64,000 nt of DNA from Camelus dromedarius (Eukaryota). Under the pieces are notes generated by a model that saw only the letters and a program-made list of their open reading frames with translations, did not search any database and was not told the origin of the DNA. The stretch lies in assembly GCF_036321535.1 (NCBI RefSeq), contig NC_087436.1, positions 39,868,001 to 39,932,000 of the forward strand, in the 5' to 3' direction. This document shows positions 12,800 through 26,590 of the stretch, piece after piece. Position 1 is the first letter of the stretch, and each line of letters starts with the position of its first letter. The position numbers and the translations under genes were made by a program.

Positions 12800-12975
12800 T
12801 GATTAATGTTCTAGGCACTATGCTTCCTTTAATATCTCCAACATCTCTGAGACACGTTATCCCTGTTTTGACAGGTGAGGAAACTAATTTTCGGAGAGGA
12901 CCGTGACCTCTCCAAGGTTTCATAGCATTAAAAAGAAGATACGAGATTAAAATTAAGGCATCTCTGACTTCCTAG
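12800..12975 (-). mobile_element. MIR SINE
   Basis: tatccctgttttgacaggtgaggaaactaa...agagg...gtgacctctccaagg antisense core. Confidence 0.7.
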
Positions 12976-13212
12976 ATGATATATATAGTTTTATTTGCAG
13001 TACTTTACAACTTATGTAACATGAAAAGTCTCACTGAAGACCATATAATTTAAGATGAAAAATAAAGTAATTCTGCTGAATAAAGAGGGAAGAAATGAGC
13101 AGGAATTGTTTTGAAAAAGTTCAGTGTATTTTAATTGGATCTTGACTGCACATGCATTTTAGCCAGGACTAAAGAAAACTAGGAATAAAGAAAGAGCACA
13201 GTTTTAAAAGCA

Positions 13213-13220
<8 letters not shown>

Positions 13221-13243
<23 letters not shown>

Positions 13244-13245
13244 AA
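13221..13245 (+). repeat. Poly(A)25 run
   Basis: 25 consecutive A. Confidence 0.95.
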
Positions 13246-13289
13246 TCACACTGCAGTTGTTTCTTGCACAGTCATGCAGGTATGATAAT

Positions 13290-15230
13290 AACTGATACAT
13301 TCAAGTAACTGTGAATTACTTTGTATGATTAGAACATGGAGTGAATGAAAGCAGCAATTGGAAGTGAGCAATGTGGGGCTACATTACAAATATCCTTGAA
13401 TTCCATACTGAGGATTTTAACCTATACACTGTAGATAGTAGGGAAACTTACAAGATTTTTAAAAATGGAAGAGGAATATAAGAAAATATATACTGAAAGA
13501 GAGAACTCTCGTAGCAAGGTGAATGGTATTTTGTGTGTGTGTGTATGTGTTCAATTTTATTTTATTTTATTTTATTTTTATTGCAATGTAGTTGATTTTA
13601 AATGTATTTGTTTCTGGTGTATAGCATCGTGATTCAGATATTATATATATATATTCGTTTTCATATTCCTTTTCATTATAGGTTATTACAAGCTATTAAA
13701 TATAGTTCCCTGTGCTGTATAGTAGAACCTTGTTGTTTATCTATTCTGTATATAGTGGTTTGTATCTGCTAATCCCAAACTCCTATTTTACCCCTCACCC
13801 ACCTTTCCCCCTTGTGAGAGGTATTTTTGCTGTGAGAGGAGGTGGGCAAAGGAGATCATCAGACTCTAGAAGTAGTCTTGATGCTGAGTTTTTTCATTAA
13901 GATAATGGAAATATAAAGGATGGAATCCTTAGAGAAGTATTTAAAAAAATAAGACTCAAAAGCTGTATTTAATACTGGAAGTTAGGAAGGGAGAACTTGT
14001 GAATGGTAGATTTTTAGCTGTGGCAACTGAGTAAATGATGATTTATTATTACAGGGGAAGACAGATGGAGAAGCAGGCTTTAGAGGGAAAATGAGGAATT
14101 CAGTTTTGAACAGGCTAAACTGGAGGTACAGTGGGATATTTAGATAAAGCAGCCATTTGGAAATGTCTCTGATGCTCAGGAGACTGGCCAGGACTAAGGA
14201 TGTAGACTTGAGGATTCTGACTATTGCAACTGATAGTTAAGTTCATGTGAATCATAGATTACTCTGCATAGGAAGATAGAGGGAAGAGACTATAGATGGT
14301 AACAGAACCCTGGGAGACACCAGTATTTAAGTAGCAAAAGGAAGCAACTTGCTGGTAAAGAAGATGAGGTACAATCAGAGATTTAATGACGCTATGAAAA
14401 GGGGGCAAAATAGAAGATAAAGGAATGGGAAGTTTTAAAGAGAGAATGGTCAATTTTACAAAATCAGACCATGAGATCAAGAAAGACAAGGACACTGAAG
14501 AGGTCATTGGCCTTCACAATTACGAAACAATAAGAGTTTTTTCCCCAAGAACATTTTTAGTGCAATAATCAGAGGAAAGATAGATTCTGATGAGTGGAAG
14601 AATGAAGGGAAATGAGAAAGAGGAGGCAGCAGATAGAGATGACTCGTTTAAGAAAAGCTGAGTGGAAAGATGAGAATTATTAGAGAAATAACTATTGGAA
14701 AAGAGAGTCTTGGTTTTCTTTGAGAAAAGAGCACATGAAACCAATGTAAGTAAATTTTCGGTATGCTTGGAGGTGGAGAGGATGTTTGAAAACATTTGCT
14801 CCTGATGGCTTTATCTCCTCATAGTATGAAACAAGGACATCTGCTGGGTAGCTTTGGAAACAGATTTGGAACACTCCACTAGTATTTGATTAAAGAGTTG
14901 GGACAAGGAATGGAATTGGTATATACATGCATTTTTTAAAAACATAGTGAGAAAGTTGAATAACAGCATTGCTTTTACTGCAGTGTACTCTTAGTAGTCT
15001 GGGAAAAGGAACAAAGGAAATGGACAGATGGGTTGAGCCATGGTTGGAAATTGTCAAGGCAGATGTGTAAAGACAAAGGGTAAAAGGAAATGAATCCAGA
15101 AAGATTCATCTAGGTAAGAAAAGCTGGTATCAGAGGACCAGCTATATCCAGTATCACTGCCAGTGATCTGGTGGTACAAGTGAAAAAGTGGAGTTAAGCA
15201 TAGGGATGGTAACTTGTCTGTCATCTCTTA
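13290..15230 (-). mobile_element. LINE-2 fragment including RT region
   Basis: Minus ORF 14259-14507 contains LNTGVSQGSV (L2/CR1 RT motif GVPQGSVLGP); purine-rich antisense L2 text (tgaggaattcagttttgaacaggctaaactggagg). Confidence 0.8.
13533..13813 (-). mobile_element. Short artiodactyl-type L1 3'UTR copy inserted in L2
   Basis: atagttccctgtgctgtatagtagaaccttgttgtttatctatt...tatctgctaatcccaaactcc; T-rich tail at left; 14-bp TSD gtgaatggtatttt/gtgagaggtatttt (13519-13532 / 13814-13827). Confidence 0.85.
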
Positions 15231-16119
15231 GCTCTTCCGTTCTGCATGTATGAGGAGTACATTTAAAAATTATAATTCCCAAGAGTTGCTGAAATATGAC
15301 TAAATATTTTTGGTAAGGAGATGAGAGAATTGGCATAGTCTAAATAAAGAAAACAGCATCTTAGCTTATACATGAACTGCATGAGACATTGAAAGTGAAA
15401 TATGTGGATTTTCTCCCACTTGCCTGCCTAGTGGCCTTAGACAAATTTTACTTTTCTGGGCTTTAGTTTCCTCATTTGTCTAATGTATTTTTGTACAATC
15501 ATTGGCACACCAGCCTCAAAAAGTTCTTTGAATCATCAAGTTTACTTAAAGCAGAATTACTCAGAGTACTGCCGCATGGCAGAAAAAGGGAGGTGGTGGT
15601 TCCAGCATGAAGTGAGTTTGAGGCTCCAGTGTGCTTTCCTCTTGGAGTGTTGTACCGTCTACTAGCACAGCAAGCTCCAAGGTGTACTCCACTTTTTATG
15701 AAAAGAAACTGATTAATTTTATTTCGCTTGTTGTTACTCAGTTTTATTTAACAAGGCTATTTTAAATTAGGGAAAAAAGCGATTATCTTTATGGTCTTCA
15801 AAACTTGCACCAGAGTTCTGCAGAGCACATCTTTTACTATATGTAATCTCTTTATTTATTTATTTATTCAATGGGCACAAGAACTGTGAGGAAAGCTACA
15901 TCAGGAAATATGCTGCACATTATGACCAGAATATTAACAGTATTTGCCCAGATTTTGTTTTATTTTGAGATTTCTATTACTTCATATGTAAATATAAACC
16001 ATCAAATTATACTTGAAACATATTTTGAATTGGGATCAATCATCATTTCAGACAAATATTATTATTATTTCTCTAGTAGCCATCGATTTCTCAAGCAGAG
16101 AAACCACTCCATGTAAGGA

Positions 16120-17950
16120 TATAATTTTAATTTATTTTATATGGCTGGCTTTGATTAGATAATATTTTTGTTCAGAATTTCTTTTCATTCTTTTTTATGA
16201 GATATATTGGTTTATAGATTCCCTTTCTTAATATATCTTCATCAGGGTTTTATATCAAGGATATGCTGACTCCATAAAATGAGTTGAGAACTACTCCTTT
16301 TTCTATTTTCTGGATGACTTTATGTAGGATGTTACTTAAATATTTGAGAGAATGTTCTGGTAAGGAAATTTAGGGCTGGAGATTTCTTTATACAAAGATG
16401 ATTTAAGTAAAGATGTAAAATTAACAGAAATACTTAGATTTCCTTTATTTTGTAAGTTTTGGTAAATTGTTTCTCTAGAAATCTTTCCAGTTCATGTAAG
16501 TTTTTAAATTAATTGGTATATAGTTGTGTGTATAACAACTTACATTAAAAAATTTTTTACTTACTATATATTTACCTTTTTTTAAATTATTTTCTGTTTT
16601 TACTTTATTATTTTCTTCTTTCTTTTTGTTTAATTTCTATTCATTTTCTAATTTCTAGAGATGGATACATAGATTGTGGATTTAAGCTTTTTATGTGTAA
16701 CATGTACATTCCAGGTTATCAATTTTCTTCCAAGCATAGGTTTAACTGTGTCCTTCAAGCTTTGACAAGTTGCATTTTCATTATCTATTAGTTAAAAGTA
16801 CTTTGTACTTCTTATTGTGATTTCTTCTTTGACTGGTTTTTAGAAGTCAGGGATTTTCTTGTATTGTGATTCTGCTGTGGTCAGAGATTCTGTGCTAGAT
16901 GCTTTCAATCTTTAGAAATTTATTTAGACTTGAATCAACATATGGTTAGTTTTGATAAATGTTTATTTGAAAATAAAATGTATTCTCTCATTGTGGTGTG
17001 TGGTATTCTATACCCATTAATTAGGTCAGGTTTGTTCATTGTCTTTCTTTTATATGCTTACTGATTTTTTGTCAGCTTATTGGATCAGTTAGAGAGAAAA
17101 ATAAGCTATTTCTAAATATAATTGAGAATTAATCAACTTCTCCTTTTAGTTCTGTTAAATGTTGTTGAATATATTTTGAAACTAAGTCTTCAGATCAATA
17201 AAAATTTAGAATTTTTCTCTTCTGACTGTGCTGACCACTTTATAAATATTTTGAAATGCCCACCTGCATCTCTGATAAAACATATTGCCTTAAAGTCTAC
17301 TTTTTCTGATGTTTGTATAACTATAAAATTTTCTTAGACATGGAAAACAAACTTACGGTTACCAAAGGGGAAAGAAGAGGGAGGAATAAATTAGGAGTTT
17401 GGGATTAATAGATACAAACTCCCATGTATAAAACAGATAAACAACAAGATCCTATGGTATAGGACAAGGAACTATATTCAGTATCTTGTGATTACTTACA
17501 TGAGAAAGAACATGAATGAATCACTATGCTGTACATCAGAAACTAACACAACATTGTAAATCAACTATACTATACTCCAATGAAAGTAGTTATTTCTTTA
17601 ATACTCTTATGTTTTTTCTTTCAATTGGAATATTTAATCCATTTTCCATAAATATGTTGGTGATATATTTTTGTTTAAAGTTATAAATAACTTTCCCCCA
17701 CTTATACTATATATTATATTACTCTTTTTCTATCTTTTCTTATCTTTTTTGAATTAACCAAATGCAAAATATTTTATTATTTAATCTTCTTCCATCTCAA
17801 CACAAAATTAGCTTCTTAGCCAGACGTTTCTTACTGTTCTTTTAGTGGTTATCTTAGAGGTTACGATATGCATTCTTGAGTTCATACTGTCTACTCTAAA
17901 TTAATCTCTTTCCTGATATTACTGGGACCTTAAAACACTGTAATTTCACA
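16120..17950 (-). mobile_element. Ancient L1 (L1ME-like) ORF2 5' region, split by a younger L1 tail
   Basis: Antisense L1 hallmarks tatcaaggatatgctgactccataaaatgagttgaga, ttgtgatttcttctttgac, ctgtggtcagaga, cttaaagtctactttttctgat. Confidence 0.7.
17337..17585 (+). mobile_element. Short artiodactyl-type L1 3'UTR copy
   Basis: acatggaaaacaaacttacggttaccaaaggggaaag...aaattaggagtttgggattaatagatac...ggaactatattcagtatcttgt...acaacattgtaaatcaactatac. Confidence 0.85.
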
Positions 17951-20159
17951 TATTGCTTTACCATTTACAATGACAATCCAGAGTTGCCTATCGTCTTACC
18001 AATTTTCCACCTGCCCTTCAGAGTAGATCTGTAATTTGAGTCACATGTGGTGTTGGATGCACAGAAACATAATAAAAGTAAGTGGAATATTTATGTTATG
18101 TACAAGAGTGAGCTCTTTAAGCTTCCGTCAATGCTGCAGGTATTTTACTCTATTTTTCTATACTTCACAGAAATTTATTTTAGGATCAGAGAAGTTTGAG
18201 AAAGGTAGAGTCTCTGAGGGAAAACACAATAGGGACATTCAAAGAGCAGACCATTATTTTACAATGGTATTGTTTTGCTGTGGATGCCAGGGCCAATGAC
18301 AGAATGACTACATTACTTTTAGAGAAGGTTTTAAGCAGTTTTGATTTTCATTCACAGAAGGAAAAGGCTCAAAACAATCCATCCCACTGGCTAGTCCCAG
18401 ACTGAAAACATTGAGAACACTTAACAATCTCTGTGAAGTCAAGCAAACTAGGAAACCCTAAATTTCACATGCCATTATTCAGTAAAAGTTGTACATGCAT
18501 TTGAAAATAAGCATTCGTTTTCTCATTGCAAGAATACTTTCAGATAAAAAATTTCTAGTCTCTTTATTGTGGAGAAGGGAAAGGAGATAGTGTAAAATTT
18601 CCCAAAGACCTTGTGTGTGTGTATGTCTCAGTGACAGCAAAAAATGGCTGGACAATTTGGACTGAATCAGGAAAGAAAAGGCAGGGCAAGAAGAGTTTGA
18701 CCTTTAGATGTTGTATGCTGTTGTTAGTGTAGCCAGCGTGTGCCATCTGCTTTCCCTTATATCTCTGCAAGTGTCTCACTGATCTGGCTAATTCCATGAA
18801 GCAGCCTTCTCACTTCCTCCCTGCTGCCTGACATTTTCTCCCTTCTACATGTGCTCCTTGGCCAGTGCAGTCGTACATAGACAGACACTGGCCTGGGACG
18901 TTGCCTGCTTTAATTTCAAGCCATCAGGCTTTATAATTTTAATTTCTTTGGACTTATTACATTTACTTAATTATATTACGCATTTTAATAACTGTAAAGT
19001 ATATTCTTTATTTTATCCTAGTTACTGTAACTAATATTGTGTTGTAGCTTAGACATATTCCAGGCCTGGATCTTAAAGTGTGACTGTCAGATGAAAAAGA
19101 AAGTCAGAGAGACCAAACGTTGCACTGAGTCTCTCAGGAGGCTTGTGCGTTTCAAATGTGTTAATGGAACTGTCCAGCTGGAAACCAGAGTTGTCATAGC
19201 TGGGCTCTTCCCAAGGGACTCCATGAATTCTGTTTCCTGGAAGACTGAATTGCTTTCTGAAGTTGCATTTTGTAAAAAGTTGAGTGTATTTAAAGTTGTT
19301 TCTTGAAGGATTGTCTTTTTGTAAGTAAACTATTTTTATTCTCCCAGACCACATCTAAAATTATTTGAAATAATTGGTTATTTATAGGAATCTTTTATGT
19401 TGCTCCACTTGGATATTATACAAAAGCAGTTAACAGAGAAGCAACTATATATATTAAAACTCTAAAAATAAATGTCTATTTTGATTTCAAATATATGATA
19501 TAATTTTTTCCACAATAATCAAGGCAGTTAGATCAGACAGAAAAACTATTCTTAGGGATTATGAAAAGAATTATTTCTGGCCCAAAGGAAGTCTTGATTT
19601 TGCTTACATTTTAATAAAAATCAAAAGCAGCATTTGTTTATTGTAGGTTTTTTGGTTATCTCTTTTCAACAACAAAAAAATGGCACAATTAAGTCTGAAA
19701 GTGAGTATAAGTTATACAAAATCTCAAGTATTTTATTTGCATTTAGACAGCTGCAAAGGTGAAGAAAATTTATTTTTACTAGTTAAGATCTCGATGATAT
19801 ATGTTTGTTTCACACAGTAGGAGGAGCGTTCTTATATAGTAAATAATTGTCATCAACTTATATTCTAGCAGGTCAGATGGATCACTAGTTTGTCTAAAAA
19901 TAATCAATTATAAACAAAGTGAACAGAGTTAAAGGAGCTTTATAAAAGGAGCTCTTTATATTGCTAGGTTCAGCATATATTGAATATTTTCCCATTATTG
20001 AACATACAGTTGAAACCGTGGCTATTACAATATTTTAAACTTGGTGACAGGAGTATAATAGATTACAAACAAGAAATACCCTTAAGCACAAGTTCCTTTT
20101 TTAAAAAATATTTTTTAAAAAAAGTCACAGGCTTTCTCAAATTCTCAGTAAAATATTGA

Positions 20160-20450
20160 TTTTTATCTTATTATCAGTTTCATTTTATAGATGAGGAAAC
20201 TCACACTTGGAAGGTATAAATAAGTCTAGTAAACGATTAGGCCTAGATTCAAATCTATGCGTTGTAACAGATGGACTAGCATTCTGAATTGCCACACTAC
20301 ATTTTTTTAAAAACTGCCCAATAATATAAACATTAGTTTCCTTTTTTGGGGGTGAGGAAACTGATGCTTAGAAAGATTAAGATTTGTAGATCAAAAGCTC
20401 ATAATTATCAGAAATGAGGTTTGAATTCATTCTATCTGAATCTAGAATTT
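20160..20450 (-). mobile_element. Two adjacent MIR fragments
   Basis: cattttatagatgaggaaactc (20181) and ggtgaggaaactgatgcttagaaagattaa (20351) antisense MIR cores. Confidence 0.7.
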
Positions 20451-21039
20451 GCCCCCATACATCCTATTATAATTTTTCAATGTCTTTGATCCATACCTCT
20501 TATTCTATTTCTTTTGCAAGTATGTAAGCAAGAAAATAAAGTATAGCAAAATAACAACTGTAGTTATCTCTGAACTGGCTGAATCAATTGAAAGGATATT
20601 TTCTTTTTTATTCTTGAACACTTAAAGCATTTACTCCAAATATTTTTATTGAAACAAAAATACCAGAGCCTCTGTGCATAGGCTTAGGTTTATAGTGACA
20701 GACTTTAAAGATTGACCTAGGAAGATAAATTACTGACCGCTGTGCTTAAAAATCTATAACTCTTAGTGGTAGTTAAGGACGATCATTAAATAATACATTG
20801 TTATTCCCTTTAACAGTGACAGGACGTATTCCCTGCCTAAATTTATTGATTTCCGACTACATAGCAATGTAATCAAATTATCAGAAGAGAATTGGCCATT
20901 CGTATATTGGAATAAATGAGTTGTTGGAAGTGTGAAATGAGGAAATGGGAAAATTTTGAGTTATTAAGAAAGTACGTGTAGACTGGAAAAGTTGAAGATC
21001 TAGTGAATATGTTAGGTATTAGAAGACGGATATTGAAAG

Positions 21040-21330
21040 AAGAAAATGTGTATCTTTTTTGAATCCTGATTTGAACGAGACGATTATTAAAAACAACTAT
21101 GAAACAGTTGGGACGTTTTGAAATTTGTTAAACATGTATTAAATGATATTAAGGACTTATTTTTATTTTCTTTATGTGTGATAATGATATTTTGGGAGTA
21201 CCTACTTAGACTGGAATGCTATAATGTCTGGGATTTGCTGGTGAGAGGGATGAAGGATGGTAATGGCTGCATATACGTATGGGGACATAATACTATTCTC
21301 TCGCTGTTTTTATGTGTTTTATAATTCTTA
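21040..21330 (+). mobile_element. Ancient L1 (L1MC/L1ME-like) 3' end
   Basis: gaatcctgatttgaac...gtattaaatgatattaagga...tgtgtgataatg matches an old L1 3'UTR consensus. Confidence 0.6.
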
Positions 21331-21345
21331 TTAAAAAATTAAGAA

Positions 21346-21520
21346 GATATATGTATATAAATGGATTTTTTGAAGTTCCTTCTGTATAACACAGGGAACT
21401 ATGTTCAGTATCTTGTAATAACCTTTAATGAAAAAGAGTATGAAAATGAATATATGTATATACATGTATGACTGAGACCAGAAATTGACACATTGTAACT
21501 GACTGTACTTCAATTAAAAA
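21346..21520 (+). mobile_element. Short camelid/artiodactyl L1 3'UTR copy
   Basis: acagggaactatgttcagtatcttgtaataacctttaatgaaaaagagtatgaaaa...acattgtaactgactgtacttcaattaaaa; TSD-like aaaaattaagaa/aaaagttaagaa. Confidence 0.85.
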
Positions 21521-24500
21521 AAAGTTAAGAACAGAAAAAAGGGCAAAGATTGTAATTTAGTTAGTAGTGAACTTGTGCGATTGTGAGAGGACTTTACACT
21601 AACGGAAAGAACTTAGACAAACTGAAGGTATGTCCTGAATTCTTTAGGTGACACTTCCTTTAGTGACTCCTTAGTATGAGCACTGTTGGAAGTGTTAAAT
21701 GAGATAGAAATATGTAAAGCGCATAGGACAATGGCTGAATATAAAACAAATCCCAGACTTAATAATTATTAGTTTTATTCCTGTAACAGTTAGGCTAAAA
21801 TCAATATTGCCTACAACTATATCTGTATAGTAAAGATACCTTAGTAGTTTGATGGACATTCTTATTTTATCCATAAGTTTAGTTAGGTTGAAAGAACTTG
21901 AATTGAACTCCTACAGTTTCCTACTAAGCCACAGGGAAAAGAAAGAAAAGTTAGGCACAGTGCCAGTGTCCCTGTATCTGTGTACTTCTGCAAGGTCAGG
22001 GCCATGAAGAAAAACACATGACAAACATATAAAGAAACAAAGACACAAAGTTTAAGTGGCTCTCCTAAATTTAAACTCGTGATCAGTATTCGGAATGAGA
22101 GTCCAGATTTTCTAAATACAGGTTTGCCAAATTGCAGGACCATGACCTTCTTGTATGTTATGCCTTTTGTTTCAAAAGAGCATGTTGAAAGGGACAGTAA
22201 CAAAATATGGGCAGACTACTATAAGTGTTTAGCCAGTTGAATCAAATCTGTGGCGGTAGCTTTATTTTCTTATTTACCACTAGTGTCTCCAGGCCAGCAC
22301 AGGGCCTGACCACAGATAAGTGTACAATAAATATTTATTAAATAGATAAACATGCATCTGTATTTGGTTATCCTTTGGGTGGAAGGTCTGTTACTATTAT
22401 TAATAAAACAAGTCCTCTGTGCTTTTAGTTTAGTTTGCAAGATAAACATAATAGGCACTAAGGTAGATGACAATGGAAGATATTGACAAGAGTGGTAACT
22501 GATAATTTTCTGATAGTTTTCTAAACAAGTAAATTAGTCAAGTCCAAAGAGACAATTCCAAAAGTACCTAGTCTGAAATCATAACTACACATAAATTTCA
22601 AACTGTTTACTATAAAAGATAATTTTACTGTTTACATTATTTAATATTTTATCCATGTCACAGAAAATAAGGGAAATAGTTAGAATGATTATTAATTAAG
22701 AAGTCAATACAGTGATATTTGTGTATATTAATTCCAAGGGTGGGCATCACAGTTCTTTATAGTTATTAAAATTCTTACATAATTTTTTTGGAGTTTTTAA
22801 TTTTAAGAGTTGAATGTATTTAGTGTGTTTTTGCATAAGATGAGAGATAATGGGTGTGTGGGGTTTTGAAATGGTGGTGTGTTGACTTAGATGAGAAATT
22901 ATAGATGCTAATAATATCCATGCATGGCTTTTGAATAATTTTTAGATTTTACAACTATATTATTCTTTTCAATTCACACGAAGGTGAATCTTTCTTACCC
23001 TTATATATATTTTTTGGTTTTTTTCTGAGTCTGGCTTCTAATTGAGCTCCCTCTGAAGGACTTTGTCAGACCAATGTGATTCTTGCTCACATATGTGCAA
23101 AGACTTCCTAGGAAACAAGATTTTCCAACTATAAGGCTTGGCATGTGCTTATTGTGAGAAGTGGGAAAGTGGCAGATGTGGAGGACATTTCTGAGGAGTC
23201 CAACTGGTCCACAGGCGAGTATAACCGTATCTGATTAGGCTGACAGCTCTGACTATCCATTTGTGCATGAGCCTGGAGCTCTCTAATTGCTTTTCAGATC
23301 ACTTAACAATTAATGGTGCCATTGTCCTTGGGCAACCCATTTGCAGATCGATATTGCTGGCAGGATCGAAGCTTGGGAGGACATAATGAGAGTAACCTGA
23401 AGTGACTCTATTAATAGATAAAGCCCTCAAGCAATGACTGTGAGCCTAGAAAGTCAGGAGATGGTGATTCTTCTACAAATAAGTACCACTTATGTTTTTT
23501 CAGAAGAAGGTCAAGGACACTGGAAATGTAATTAAAATAAGCTCCTTGAAAAGTTATTTGTTCTTCAACTATGATCATTAAGTATATTTCTTTGCCTTTT
23601 GATAATCTAATATTTGTTAAGACTGTATTCTGAGAGATTATTCTCTTGAAAACCTTTCACTTATTCCTCCACCCATCAAAGTATTCGCTAATATTAAAAA
23701 AATTCATATAAGCTCATTAAAGCAACACTATTTGCCATTCCATTTAAAGTTATAAAAGTGAATGATTCAGAATCAGGATAATGCCCCTCCATCTCCATAA
23801 CTTTGCTTATTCATTCAAGATGTGCTTCAGGCTAAATCTTGGTTTGAAATAATTAAGTCAAGTTCTAAATTAAGTAGAAGCACTCAATGTTCCTGGCCAC
23901 TATTAGGTTTTATCAGTGTAAAGCATGATTTAAAAACACCCAAAAAACTCTACAATTGAGGAACTCCAAGTGGGTATATTACCAGGAAAAAAATACAATT
24001 AAAACCAATGGTTTTGTTTAAATATAATGGCTTTAGAGAATTTGAATATCAAAGGAAGGAAAAAAAAGACCTTAAATGCTAGTATCATTGTGTCAAAATA
24101 ATATTTAAGGTTATAATAATTGTGAAGAGGAATATTAAAGTATTCTTTTCTCATAGAGTAATAGTCAATTTGTTTATGCCAATTTTTAAAAGAAAATTTT
24201 GTCTCAAAATATTTCACAAAAGAAAAGAAAGCTCTGTCTTAACTTTATAAATGCAGACAGTATATCTTTCATATGAGTGGGAATTAAAAGGAATTTCCAG
24301 AATATCAGTTAATTGTCTCTCACAGGATAAATGGGCAATTTTACTCTTTAGATAGGAGTAGTTTGTGTTGATTAGAAGCCCCAAACTGTCAGTCTCAGAG
24401 CTAATCAAATGCTTTTACACTTGCCTAAATGAATTTATGTATTTTTGTCTATCCTCTAAAAATTTATATGAGCAAAGTAACACAATTTTTACCTAGTCAT

Positions 24501-26296
24501 GAAGTTTGTACTCTACAAATGCAATGAGGAGCATTTATTGCAAGGAAACAAAGCAGTATTTTGAAGCAATCGTCAATCTGACTTGTTTAGAGGAACTCCT
24601 AAAGAATAAATTCAATATTTATCATATGGTATCTATATAATAATGACAATATAATATTATTAAACATAAGATTAAGAAAGGGCAGATAAATTGGATTAAG
24701 AAATGTTGTGGGAGGACTAAAAACGGACAGATTTTTACTTTTTGCTTGTTACTACCTCTCATTTTACTTGCTGATTTTTCTATTCATGAGAAAAAGCATG
24801 AAAAGACAGTAGGTAGACTATGTGAAGATGATGAAATACTTTTTTCCTTAGTAGATTCCCAGTGAGTTGATTTTCCTCCATCACGTAACTTTTATAGGCT
24901 TCTGATCATTTACAAATAATTGATGGTGCTGATACTTAGTAATCTTTGAGGGGTTAGGGGTCCCTGGGCAAGTCAGCAACTTAAAGCTTTGTGAATGTGA
25001 TTGGACAAAATTCATGTTCAATCTAAAAGACTAGAATTTTAATAAAAATGTAGCAAGCAATAGTCGAGATGTAGCAGAAAATATTAAGTTCTGAAATGAT
25101 ACAAGCTTGACTGCTTTGTGGTAGAGTCACAGCTGAATGACTTCCATGTGCTCAGTCCTGATACCTCTAAGGATCTCACAAAAGGCTCACCAAAGAATAA
25201 TATTAACCTTACTATCTATGCATTTCATAATTTATTGCAAAGCTAGATTAAATTTGTTATTAGTAGAATTGTAGACAGTCATCAAAGCAGTTCTTCTCTT
25301 TCTTTTTTTTTTCCTTTTTATGTTGCTTATCTTTCACTTCTGATACTCATTTCTTAAACTAAGTTGTCTGTTGATAGTTTGAAACAGAAAAAGTAGTGGG
25401 CTGTGGAGCCAGTTGGGCCAAGTCCCGAAAATTTTCCAGTGCTATCTTGCTATTCTGTAAATACATAAGATATGTTTTTGTGTCACATAGTCTATTAACA
25501 CACATTGCATATTAAAAAAAAATGTTTGTGTGCATGTTTTTGCTCTAAAATTGATTCACAGATATTTACTAGGCAATGATATGTTAGAATTTGTTTTTAG
25601 AGTTTGTAATAGCATTTATTATAAAATATAAAATATTATTATTTTTTAAACTGGTATTTAACCACTTTTAAACTGATGATCAACTGAATAGAGAATAGTA
25701 TCCTAAAATTATGATAATACGTAGTCAGTAGGAGCACATCAGGTATCAGGTATAATCATTTTTATCTGAAAATATGTTGAAGTATAACTCCTTTACTTTT
25801 TTAGTATTTATATAAGAGCTATTTCCAGTCTTGCCTCTTCTTTGTGTTCTTCCCTTGAAATCAGCAACAGCTTCACCACCTATTTGTTCATAGTGATTTT
25901 TAAATTTACATCTCTATATCCAGCTTTCTTTTGAGCCTTACCATGCACACCTCCCTGCCACCAGTTTCACGTGGACATTTTCACTGAGTATGTCCTCTTA
26001 TTCCACCATGGGCGTTTACAAAATAAATGTGTGGTCTTTCTTCTGGTTTTTGCCTTCTGACTACACGAAATGTCTTAATGTACTGCCTGCTTGTTGACTA
26101 CCAGATTTGATTTGGACTTTTTGCCTGACCAGTCTGGTGTGCCCTCCTTCCCACTGACACACATGCCTTCCTTTCTAGGTCATGTGTAAAAACTCACATA
26201 AGAATAAAATGTCTTATAGCTAATTTAATTAGCAAAGGATAGCAACAAGTTTGTTATGCCTGTTATTTACTTCTGAAACACTAAGTGTTCCTTCTT

Positions 26297-26590
26297 CTAT
26301 TTATTTATTTATTACTATTTTTTTAAATTGAAATATAGTCAGTTCACAATGTTGTGTCAATCCATGGTGTACAGCATTATGTTTCAGTTATACGTGTACA
26401 TACATATGTTTGTTTTCATATTTCTTTTTCATTATAGATTATCACAAGGTATTGAATATAGTTCCCTGAGCCACACAGCATAAACCTGTTGTTTATCTTT
26501 TCTATATATAGCAGTTAGTATCTGCAAATTTTGAACTCCCAGTTTATCCCTTCCCAACCCCTTCTCCCCTCACTGGTAACCATAAGTTTG
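26297..26590 (-). mobile_element. Short young L1 3'UTR insertion
   Basis: (tatt)n tail at left; L1 3'UTR body; perfect 15-bp TSD taagtgttccttctt (26282-26296 / 26591-26605). Confidence 0.92.

Noticed and set aside
20097..20122. 26-bp palindrome T6A6TAT6A6
   Set aside because: Low-complexity homopolymer runs.
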